Assembly: GCA_025453445.1 (NCBI GenBank)
Contig: JALOQJ010000002.1
Span: 6,249-70,248, forward strand
Source of the DNA: Candidatus Omnitrophota bacterium
GTDB taxonomy: Bacteria > Omnitrophota > Gorgyraeia > Gygaellales > Profunditerraquicolaceae
Direction of reading: 5' to 3'
Length of the DNA stretch: 64,000 nucleotides
The translations under genes were made by a program, and so were the position numbers. Each line of letters starts with the position of its first letter. Positions within the stretch are counted from its first letter, which is position 1. Below are positions 61,901 to 64,000 of this stretch, one piece after another. Under the pieces are notes generated by a model. It ran no database searches. It was not told where the DNA came from and saw nothing but the letters and a program-made list of their open reading frames with translations.

Positions 61901-63970
61901 TTCTGCGAATCCTGCGTCCCTATAAACAGCTCCTTCTGTTCCATACAACATCAAAAGCTCCAAATAAGGAAGCATCGCTATTTCAAGCATGGTTGAAGCC
62001 AAATGAGCAATTTTACCCGGTTGAGCAGGCATATTTGGTATCAAGTAGAAAATCGACTCTCCATAACCGACTCTTACCGGTTTATCATAAGAAGTTACTT
62101 TTTCATCTAACCCAACAACCACAGTTTTATCCGGCCTGACAAATTCAAAATTTCCACCGGCGTTAATCGCTACATCCACAAATACGCGGCGCTTGGGAGA
62201 TCTATCACTTATTTCTATAATTAATTCTTTATTGATGGTAACGGGCGCTTTCCTGCCGGGAAGTGATGCCGCTCCGACAACTGCGTCAGCCTTTATCAGG
62301 GCATCTTTTATCTTCCGCTGCTGGGAATCCGAGAGAACCTCTAATCTGCCGCTAGCTATTTCTTCCCTAAATATCTCCCGGATATCATCCAAGTTTTCGG
62401 ATAGATCAGTAAGCGTAACCGTAGCGCCCAAGAAAAACGCTGCTCCACAGGCAGCCAAACCAACGGTGCCTGCTCCGGTAATCAACAGGTGTTTTCCTTT
62501 AAGGTTTTCATCATCCAGAGAATAACTATAATGCATAATGTTAATGTGTAAAATCCCTTCCCTGCGCTTAACATCCCCTATAACATCACTGCCGGAAACT
62601 CTCTCTTCGTTCTCATTCAGATAAATCAACGCCTGAAAAACTGCCTCAATACCGGAAACAATATTCATTGCGTCTAAACAGACGCGGGTTTTCCCCTTGC
62701 GCACTTTTATTCGGCTGATCCAGTGAGGAATAATATTAAGCCCCCAAGAATCCATAAAATTTGGATTAAATAATAAGCAGGTATGCGCGTCTGCCTCAAT
62801 TTCCTCTAAGGCAAGGCAGCTTACTTTTGACTTGAGGATCTTTTCAGTCATCTCTTTATCAGAAGCAAAATTAAAATAACTAGCCAGGATTTTACCTGCC
62901 CCAAGATAGGCTAATTCATTATCCATAGGTGCATTGACTTTTAAAATTATAACTTCTTTGCCCTCTTCAACTGCTCCTTCTCCTATCTTATCCAACTGTT
63001 CCCTGTCTGCTGCTATTTTCGCTCCGAGCCTTTCATAATAATCATCATTTATCCCGCTTAAGGATCCGGCCTTAGACTCAACATAAATTTCCAATTTGAT
63101 ATTTTTTTCTTTAGCAAATTTCAGAAGTTTATCCACAGCAAGAGACAGCCCGACCCTTCCTTCATTAGGCCTAATTTCCCGCGGCACAAGAATTACTGTG
63201 CCGGTTTTTTTAACAGTTTCAAAAGTGGGTACGAGTAATTTACGGCTACCGGAAGAAATCAATCTTTCTAACTGGCTGGGGGTGCCGTCTTTCTTTTTTG
63301 TCACTATTGCGCCAAGTGTCCTGCATTCCTCAATTATTCTAAGAAGAGTTCGAAGGCAAGCCTCAGGCAAATCTTTCCGCGAAACATCCTGTGCAGTAAC
63401 AAAAGATTCTCGCCGCCATAAATGCGCACCATACGTCCCAGCTACTTTAAAAAGCCCCTGCAAATTTTCTCCTAGTATAGAGATAACTTCTCGGTTAAGA
63501 TGGTTGCCGGCAATACAAAAAAGAATATCCCACTGAATCTTGCCAACAGGAGCGGGTAATCTTAATACATGAAAGCCCCATCCCGTCTCATTATTAAATG
63601 GCGCTAAGGCTTCTAAAATCGGCCTTAAGAATTCCGCTTCTTCTAATGAAGGCGCTTTGCCAATTGAAAGCAAGTGCGGACGGCCGGTAGAATCAAGCCC
63701 GGTTACTACCGGGTCATCAGCTGCTATACAAATAGATATACCGGATATATTTGAAGGCCCTTCCTTTGCCACCAACTGGCCCGGAGCATCTACTTTCACT
63801 ATAGCTTTACCCGGTGGGCCTGCCGGCTTGCCCGCGCCCGCGCTGGCGGGATTTTCCCGCGCCGAGCTGTTTGAGGTTTCGGAATTAGCCGGCTCCGGTA
63901 GTAAACACTGTTGTGTATCTCCTAATAGATCTTCATCCTTTATAATATCGATATGGTCAAAATCTATCAT
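46913..63970 (-). CDS. giant 5,685-codon open reading frame. A modular polyprotein-like fusion of ~13 unrelated cassettes joined by GGAGGG-encoding GC-rich motifs. The N-terminus is still open at the window edge.
   Basis: No stop codon for 17,058 nt on the minus strand, and the frame remains open to nt 64000. Module order N-to-C (higher to lower coordinates): unknown N-terminal region + AlaDH/PNT-like Rossmann domain (LLITGAGTVGLAACG); antisense of the PIN toxin-antitoxin cassette; radical SAM domain (CEVNCPIC, GGDALL); TM-anchor repeat; antisense of the hicBA cassette; unknown; unknown; TM repeat; unknown; TM repeat + extra TMs; mini-module; NTase-like (GS...DYD); HExxH (HELLH); unknown; TM repeat + HEAT repeats + Pro/Gln-rich tail. 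Whether it is translated as one product is not established. Confidence 0.5.
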   Translation of the reverse strand: MIDFDHIDIIKDEDLLGDTQQCLLPEPANSETSNSSARENPASAGAGKPAGPPGKAIVKVDAPGQLVAKEGPSNISGISICIAADDPVVTGLDSTGRPHLLSIGKAPSLEEAEFLRPILEALAPFNNETGWGFHVLRLPAPVGKIQWDILFCIAGNHLNREVISILGENLQGLFKVAGTYGAHLWRRESFVTAQDVSRKDLPEACLRTLLRIIEECRTLGAIVTKKKDGTPSQLERLISSGSRKLLVPTFETVKKTGTVILVPREIRPNEGRVGLSLAVDKLLKFAKEKNIKLEIYVESKAGSLSGINDDYYERLGAKIAADREQLDKIGEGAVEEGKEVIILKVNAPMDNELAYLGAGKILASYFNFASDKEMTEKILKSKVSCLALEEIEADAHTCLLFNPNFMDSWGLNIIPHWISRIKVRKGKTRVCLDAMNIVSGIEAVFQALIYLNENEERVSGSDVIGDVKRREGILHINIMHYSYSLDDENLKGKHLLITGAGTVGLAACGAAFFLGATVTLTDLSENLDDIREIFREEIASGRLEVLSDSQQRKIKDALIKADAVVGAASLPGRKAPVTINKELIIEISDRSPKRRVFVDVAINAGGNFEFVRPDKTVVVGLDEKVTSYDKPVRVGYGESIFYLIPNMPAQPGKIAHLASTMLEIAMLPYLELLMLYGTEGAVYRDAGFAEGMSVINGRFTDFQAGKELGIKAIDVYEALQSKTPRGGAGGGGSVLYNFPTGPVYKLIKGIWWMSRKIGKVWYYLPKILRQCSAFMTLKGRLVCRERKCLFSVANTSAPVHSAYAAINASAGFRPADSYFMPISKGTKISSSIITIGMTIFMNSVKILGGILRFTSLIISRGTWMVCRGDDSMRILKRISEGGFLTNPIAPTNSFVSRTKCKLFLPQLFPNFSHLRDCLFKSHPFERGWSVGSKFAQSLQMFFGFPGIFIHSFSPHNITIPPPTINVKLLSGYSRPVFDKNLRGAGGGQIGKLHQQNPKIIHIAFYATDSCEVNCPICFRRKASCSKREITFEEAKRIIDKLKEQGIRSMVITGGDALLIPDIIEIIKYIYEQRILVCLQISGDLLDENIIDKLELYLDTLSIPIEGSTEDVHVAVRGERSRAQYRNVWKLFSRLIRRKFVLAVSTVATKKNIADLPLLGRQLADAGVAEWGIRQYVTAGRVATSAIANDYFVSDQDFQEVTQSLFNLPYVGRLKIACLKSDERSTCVLVDFRGDIMIPKGNKYAVVGNIFKTSITEALSKSGIFDFTRYFERFVKDSAVGPMLKNSGGGAKKGIGEVCTMLGLICFALVIGVTILPLFASAACSGGLNLRYNVDNFGALGQVGEYIYRLAYPAILILPVTIFIWVACRVCRNSLSGNKFVPRQLNIPKDCAQKAFAQVFAFVKRYYRRAAVRMAKINVAAFLADTFKTQVGQNADGFGWPKGSEPRHQLTSTSCSPTNSKDGILGFSTSKQSWIASLIRSSKVGIFLAWLWHPFRLGTVPTSIPSSSLSIITIYCFLCIYFLPSFKNILCLPLSQVEIGIIILLLVGYYLNHFNPVQFAYACVFRQPRSILLQPIGVGKNDSDVNLGSLMQPIDDGGAGGGGDQGAEGISRGYGREELNWTIEGLLKTGRFVEASSDPELANIFSMVEQYVRKHHYSNPEYAKKEIESMHRTRYRFYYPSGREPDARDMYLAYEGPNKFIVAAALPAQGEALLPAHLFKLLYRASFLPLYRASFLNTEHLYDIGELMWQIINHEAHHIYPNDVFLCDHNFSVKEILTCAGWSSLGLVLLEDAVGRADSLEKLTRDLLQVVPSHLTTVEVDNIIGRAVQNGKIGVVNYAQQYPALVELVGFPESSYPWGVLRPAFLSRLSLSGMEERARKILSEAKIASLLADVHRADLDDRDLRLALLLSDDVLVGIKGLIIKEKGRDLLMHHCIASPVAALLAGRKSREAMLSFLEGINPVEALEAGKYLYESETTAFNMFWYYLPLIHARLQAMGYAREEAGKKLRILQRDFLREGLAVPPRFYWPRDWLEEQMPNIEKCMKVDSIDNRQIMSMTRMITRPDEVLRNAAAQKLIAELAPEVERNDAILEIIRRMSSERAIVFLRHLDTAMAVVVKGYAAPFLPASIIREALFAVMDATETKRFEESVYLVEDPKGSRRYYVELDDRKEEGDFAPWKGCTLYGVGYSDDSLIGSRANGAGGGGKIGPGVRYNDSSLFSAKGDLLRSFDPMELAFPFGRSGFMGWRFYKSNLGPRGSGSRLKVFKQAIMKIIEIKNIPEQVPVAWKCGLPQKLKNLVMNEVRQNTEQPFDLANRLQAYNQIRKYFQDKEPAALEYILLRIDLLQAFDAYQSYCNNCISVMENRLFETYFNKKIEGQLLSYEAQKVIREYIYLHDLENKLLSLECSLQDIFSGYRKGKSQRKQLIALKAESEELVRLLTGQPELMAIFSSKENIETFYAKPKVETKGEGSIAKLNTIRNQVPKSFFTNSVMNDFVILSKKLLVIRDSFEYFSFRRRTDEDIREVAQAGNAGGKEKGLGEVCTMLGVACLGASIGATILPSIASAVCSGGLNLRYDVDNFGAFLGQVRECIFSLAPPGQEMQTAAFSSYLLPILALFSLVGVATFLWRAKNRTVPIIIQSSPNNLGTQGTYTPAFHDRINKFIADQIGLKNTIKITDLHLVFLPKGTPESILLKLAAIENLMTRTYPPFMERHNLVLLEGDEMHPYYIIKDGDEYVLAHAGTAGRLEENIYMTRQLFEVLSVETLAVILEEEGYHAGDRNTARHHDEIPVSEKYHPEWHRQILQIVEQEIKNSSRFHSPEAVRREKHLLKEGKKHYLERITSINEDQRWTSNKGEQEKRMQELLNEILCHKNDQDAAIKQMVSVFNETGLSKEVLVKKLQYAITIKNDNDRRWYRQYLLEKWQRLLVWKKKYAVMRCQKAAEIKIEGDTVKLIAAQQDGRFDYPGGGLFQITVSGAQNVPLYVAEDHQLLLPVVKILQRQNKLGNRLIVLNNDFHDDTGATVMPDYKTGIPLRPSLETVMRYAEKTMHEGGIFTALVRENDLSELFWIPSLRSLFGRFVYFNKSSPVLKVAYEEHVSTHRGPRGPGVGIPFDAKTAKGYYLVSYDSPVKRIRKTANMTFNIVPENGLNALIWPQDNGQYVLSLDLDAFNEMPAYRFEEEIQNFMQILQGLSFRFSAVFICRSSSYMVYQQSKVFANEILNCMVAMLNKYDILQKSTGTKNKRGGAGGGAKKGIGEVCTMLGLICFALVIGATILPSFASAACSGGLNLRYDVDNSGALAQIKECIFSFAPPEVIVIILLVIAILYFLDAKNKLSAVSCDMPGYNPNEYPQSSIRAFNIKHHSSGALENKQPYPSGKIERHFQKIRVGNKLRLCQDKIASIYKAEKERRVSFRWVVYLVSIATLSCPGILFYFVLDDRKAASGLGVASTLVLFWAVAAIYYIINVLKFKRSYKEQKIGLGKIRQDYEAIEDCSHFFQKREIRPYVNKTLDVAIVPYRLISRIIVEEGPVEKQLSGENRHFEFWFHSCAGKQEVDVEILDFDGHEEKLFVRDILKGEDGVSFNPVEARGYTEETIQESAPFIIKFVGGCISIENHAVYSLTLEYLVSGGGAGGNRDRINQDMHYKDIPSLGGFDGITWPELMGREFPLGGNILDFRLAHHRNMGALGKKRGRGETAGSPAHAQDGVRAAGGGGVTSSARHKDSLPINLKIPVDTDVSILAQGKKKIENVTHKCIIVNGPLTWAFVDAQLQQLPKDIELTVWSVDELKWLRYFDRSHYREAEEILGSGTTTGLMGAEVAGIPLVDFELLDLQNGINRIIGPLDDEIIHEKEINKARAQEKYEKYLKIRNLLITEGKIEKDELLDISSFSPREALMEIKLKLIDYLKALFPGSARVAALARRAELSTEEQKKFGYTQSIIDLFGATNLQAIIAYGSAVYAGENDTFNDYDTYVVVEDMRKAYGSLTLWRVPLEYKGLPIHIHLVPVDIAPEYIKGSLSAYMKPHDTKVLFGQVVIPKITEDEIAVLSWMRVYQKIAAVRKSAFHSDAEHIIQVCDKATRGPNIYNAYAETPYHYLLRAYLWRFQSLSERPKFKKELREIMQKLGLSVYTYRRDAEYIRDSILETAIETSKLFAAIMAEGLFPRGGGAGGKGFQKGNPHYVDMRWPDKNPIQPRGMGDVYPSQKLLDLFGGRRLFQHIPEDREMRQGGKIETSPILPKGIIRDGFIIPGVEVISDDESFRDIMEIASKYTPDAFWAKGVYLNRHCVENSNKPKIREFYLRVFEYFDGKFNKHLERVVVVPKETTEPNIRHELLHDYIELASQDHEDLFRQLVDQTQALNNKNQKFSLAYFSVTFGSSVVDTPQNALKEFISKFFSGELAFEIIGTESLEITNAINGYKYLLRNMPSQLKKLFYEIGLVWPKTKSNAKSLVMPEVSQNNNIDGGAGGGASSSSAEKLELALHKCADFQKAISDVMPVFISGVPDEVAKLYIEKIKEGYDAQETLVINFADLIKQRPYYFSELLTEKYKQIFVFGYYPFIKDSYTQEKALGALGLLRGTYQTSGARGDKSFIMVFASEEYDLAQFTSKQRTEISFPLGNFPTFFHYCDNKITKYDPRSESFEPLQFTQQNPGAGPDRGGGKKGISEVCTMLGVACFGLVIGATLLPSFASAACSGGLNLRYNVDNFGALGQVGECIFSLAPPIILIIFSICPWLFSGISQVWPALQLVANKVIKLFRFTQKGVIIALIIGFISTTGGCMHDIDYENLPIAKAKNSKTQTYSNEYIRFIGFSLEDALESRRLAEVNISKGNYMAAFSKYCLIYQYYPEIFPSSNAFDERAKQGLVDYQTSLGFNTYNPVFLDPQGSFYEKIGITKDDLIQGYLRALKNDDFKISFYAAMNLGLAGNPAGRDILITGLRGQYKISNPGFLSFALSQEEIVKQKVQYKLPIYANNYSRDSKDKIQKYVSIYAALALAELGEPECIDQLITILSDAKNYNSEMRVYVASRLGQFSEVKVTDALMKSAYDSDEKLSCVSIWALGNMDDSRTFELFVSFLNSKNQNIVNEAITALGKLGDVRAVSHLKDVLQQPGIEKETKTRIAVALAQIGGKEVLDVLVGMAKDPDVEVRSVVIYGLADFNEPQAKEIIIGALDDPEPAVRQAALLPVPGWFKENPVVFDKAFQKLSDPSPDVSSTAAGILSGHIGDYPRLEEPISRMLKERELNTQLGILSGLSQSSCPKAIEMGRPFLSSSAPELQIAAMRVTNSRVGIDPAISDSFLRLARQGPTPMVQATATIYLDKIKSPEIINIVENNFRSNNSLLRQSAIDVAGKIDSPKMMPILSAGLHDNFVGIRQSSALSLGGRLPGNPDLTKTFAQSLKQEQDPFTKHVFASALRNLPDRAGFIGEDLIQNSLIPNTRISGWSMKELSRPNMGVEIGYSPIIAGQDHTFISVTYNNFTKTIDFNPKDKNISKLIATEGIYNSVDKKILDGLVIYRTLTVDPIATKQVFDNIANYRGKIESYNMFNIPGLGKNCYSGRNSFLKDIGINTPITDLPWQPLVPNMAFSRSMSGAISDPYFNYSFKMQQKISYPDLSTRTRETQIWTHYETHPFSQPMYISMPRVDFQQLRFQQPVFQTPNFYSPPMKFDLPKFQPMTMPKYQPMPQIQLPKYQPPPNFGR
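49850..50046 (-). repeat. TM-anchor/linker repeat copy 4 (~190 bp), containing a 26-bp perfect palindrome at 49895-49920 and a degenerate linker motif at 50018-50046
   Basis: Encodes GAGPDRGGGKKGISEVCTMLGVACFGLVIGATLLPSFASAACSGGLNLRYNVDNFGALGQVGECIFSLAPP. More than 85% nucleotide identity to copies 1-3. Confidence 0.85.
50591..50607 (-). repeat. linker motif copy (CCCCCGCCCGCGCCTCC), encodes DGGAGGGAS
   Basis: GC island in AT-rich DNA. Same orientation and frame as the other copies. Confidence 0.8.
51482..51505 (-). repeat. linker motif copy (CCCGCCCGCGCCGCCGCCGCGCGG), encodes PRGGGAGGKG
   Basis: As above. Confidence 0.8.
52848..52865 (-). repeat. linker motif copy (CCCCCGCCCGCGGCGCGG), encodes RAAGGGGV
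   Basis: As above. Confidence 0.8.
53086..53104 (-). repeat. degenerate linker motif copy (CCACCAGCACCGCCGCCAG), encodes SGGGAGGN
   Basis: The protein-level linker is conserved while the DNA is more diverged. It bounds a ~70-aa mini-module between this copy and the one at 52848. Confidence 0.6.
54063..54252 (-). repeat. TM-anchor/linker repeat copy 3, containing a palindrome at 54106-54131 and a full linker motif at 54234-54252
   Basis: Encodes KRGGAGGGAKKGIGEVCTMLGLICFALVIGATILPSFASAACSGGLNLRYDVDNSGALAQIKECIFSFAPP. Confidence 0.85.
56205..56386 (-). repeat. TM-anchor/linker repeat copy 2, containing a palindrome at 56252-56277 and a partial motif at 56377-56386
   Basis: Encodes AGNAGGKEKGLGEVCTMLGVACLGASIGATILPSIASAVCSGGLNLRYDVDNFGAFLGQVRECIFSLAPP. 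Confidence 0.85.
57363..57377 (-). repeat. linker motif copy (CCCCCGCCCGCGCCG), encodes ANGAGGGGK
   Basis: As above. Confidence 0.8.
59169..59185 (-). repeat. linker motif copy (CCCCCGCCCGCGCCGCC), encodes DDGGAGGGGDQ
   Basis: As above. Forms the boundary of the inverted hicBA cassette. Confidence 0.8.
59415..59630 (+). CDS. hicB: HicB-family antitoxin (UPF0150)
   Basis: MHKKQYMVIIERDEDGMLVGTVPSLKGCHSQAKNMPTLLERIKEAIQLCLE is the canonical HicB N-domain. GAAGGGAGG RBS and a TTGACT-type promoter upstream. Encoded antisense within the giant ORF. Confidence 0.8.
   Translation: MHKKQYMVIIERDEDGMLVGTVPSLKGCHSQAKNMPTLLERIKEAIQLCLEVENPKIPSLEFVGLQEVEVN
59627..59854 (+). CDS. hicA: HicA-family mRNA interferase toxin
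   Basis: LTHLGFERIRQKGSHIYFRHPDGRSTVVPFHKGEDLSKGLLSAILRDIEL is the YcfA/HicA fold signature. 4-nt overlap with hicB. Confidence 0.8.
   Translation: MMSRLTPLRPTEAIRILTHLGFERIRQKGSHIYFRHPDGRSTVVPFHKGEDLSKGLLSAILRDIELPWDEFIAAK
59932..60114 (-). repeat. TM-anchor/linker repeat copy 1, containing a palindrome at 59978-60003. The linker motif is truncated after CCCCCGCCCG, followed by GAATTC, at 60105-60114.
   Basis: Encodes NSGGGAKKGIGEVCTMLGLICFALVIGVTILPLFASAACSGGLNLRYNVDNFGALGQVGE, then runs into the antisense of hicA. Confidence 0.85.
61021..61036 (-). repeat. linker motif copy (CCCCCGCCCGCGCCGC), encodes LRGAGGGQIG. The radical SAM module begins immediately after it.
   Basis: As above. Confidence 0.8.
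61120..61286 (+). CDS. small putative antitoxin partner of the PIN toxin
   Basis: ATG preceded by GAGGTG RBS. A TTGACA-17-TATGGT promoter lies ~40 nt upstream. 54 aa, basic and helical (MNKNAREAKKHLQRLRKL...). The stop overlaps the PIN ORF. Antitoxin role inferred from gene order only. Confidence 0.45.
61267..61685 (+). CDS. vapC: PIN-domain toxin (VapC-like)
   Basis: HFVLDTNEFV ... IDEDIF ... ADAFIAAYAEWTGAEVLATENRHF are the PIN acidic-residue motifs. The track ORF starts at 61212 (TTG), but a start near LHFVLD is more likely. Antisense within the giant ORF. Confidence 0.75.
61779..61796 (-). repeat. linker motif copy (CCCCCGCCCGCGCCGCCG), encodes PRGGAGGGGSV
   Basis: As above. Forms the boundary between the AlaDH-like module and the inverted PIN cassette. 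Confidence 0.8.
63831..63850 (-). repeat. degenerate linker motif copy (CCCGCGCCCGCGCTGGCGGG), encodes SAGAGKPAGP
   Basis: The N-most copy, ~40 codons into the track ORF. Confidence 0.5.
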
Positions 63971-64000
63971 AGAAAAACCATCAAGGTCCTTCCTGTTTAT

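Noticed and set aside
62193-63536. Plus-strand ORFs inside the giant gene (62193..62525, 63096..63536, 57585..57952, 54916..55358, 52462..52877 etc.)
   Set aside because: Their translations are low-complexity (S-, R-, L- and P-rich) with no motifs. They lie antisense to recognisable minus-strand domains. They are shadow ORFs, unlike hicBA and the PIN pair, which have clear family signatures, RBSs and promoters.
46913-63970. Giant ORF as a simple assembly chimera or tandem misassembly
   Set aside because: The 13 junction motifs have different flanks and degeneracy. The four TM repeats differ by scattered substitutions. The frame is maintained throughout, and the antisense TA modules show codon-level adaptation. 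A naive repeat-collapse artefact would not do this. The possibility cannot be fully excluded without reads.
46913-63970. vls-like antigenic-variation silent-cassette array (contiguous stop-free cassettes separated by a short direct repeat)
   Set aside because: The cassettes here are mutually non-homologous (different folds), so they cannot act as gene-conversion donors for one expression locus.

Overview
This is an AT-rich, gene-dense bacterial chromosomal window, mostly coded on the minus strand. CDS coordinates come from the supplied ORF track. My own in-line position counts for motifs and repeats may be off by 1-2 nt.

Ordinary content, in order (1-46.9 kb):
- Phosphate-uptake cluster, all on the minus strand: pstB (5' end only), pstA, pstC, pstS, a porin, a CheY-like receiver, a PhoR-like histidine kinase, a PhoU-like DUF47 protein, a PiT transporter and a PhoB-like regulator.
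- queG-like and mnmG genes.
- An IS200-like REP-associated tyrosine transposase (RAYT) flanked by REP palindromes. A REP doublet sits after phoR.
- Archaeal-type cofactor-independent phosphoglycerate mutase (apgM-like) and a class II (B12-dependent) ribonucleotide reductase with possible NrdR boxes upstream.
- LacI-family and ROK-family regulators.
- Type IV pilus / T2SS-like machinery: pilN-pilO-pilP-pilQ(secretin)-pilM on the plus strand; pilC, a standalone T2SSE_N-domain protein, a 1.3-kaa GGDEF(AGDEF)-STAND-HEAT protein and two tandem GspE/PilB ATPases on the minus strand.
- A glycan-utilisation-like locus: two paralogous clan GH-A-like hydrolases sharing a palindromic leader, a tandem CBM-like protein, an MFS-GPH symporter and a sugar ABC transporter.
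- A di-PilZ protein, a small membrane protein and a TolB-like beta-propeller protein.

The standout feature is a 17,058-bp uninterrupted minus-strand ORF (46913..63970), which is still open at the window edge.
- It is cut into about 13 unrelated modules by a GC-rich core motif, CCCCCGCCCGCGCC(GCC). The motif is always in the same orientation and frame and encodes Gly-Gly-Ala-Gly-Gly-Gly.
- Recognisable modules include an AlaDH/PNT-like domain, a radical SAM domain, a nucleotidyltransferase-like domain, an HExxH module, a HEAT-repeat module and four copies of a conserved two-TM anchor carrying a perfect GTAG...CTAC palindrome.
- Two self-contained toxin-antitoxin cassettes (hicBA and a VapC-type PIN pair) sit in inverted orientation between motif copies. 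They have their own promoters and RBSs, yet their antisense frame stays open.
- HicA, whose codons are exactly anti-aligned with the giant frame, uses no TTA, CTA or TCA codons.
- This resembles an integron-like cassette array with inverted TA cassettes, but with a novel non-palindromic junction site and read-through as a single frame.
- I regard this as the candidate undescribed system. All mechanistic interpretations below are inference.

No rRNA, tRNA or CRISPR was detected.
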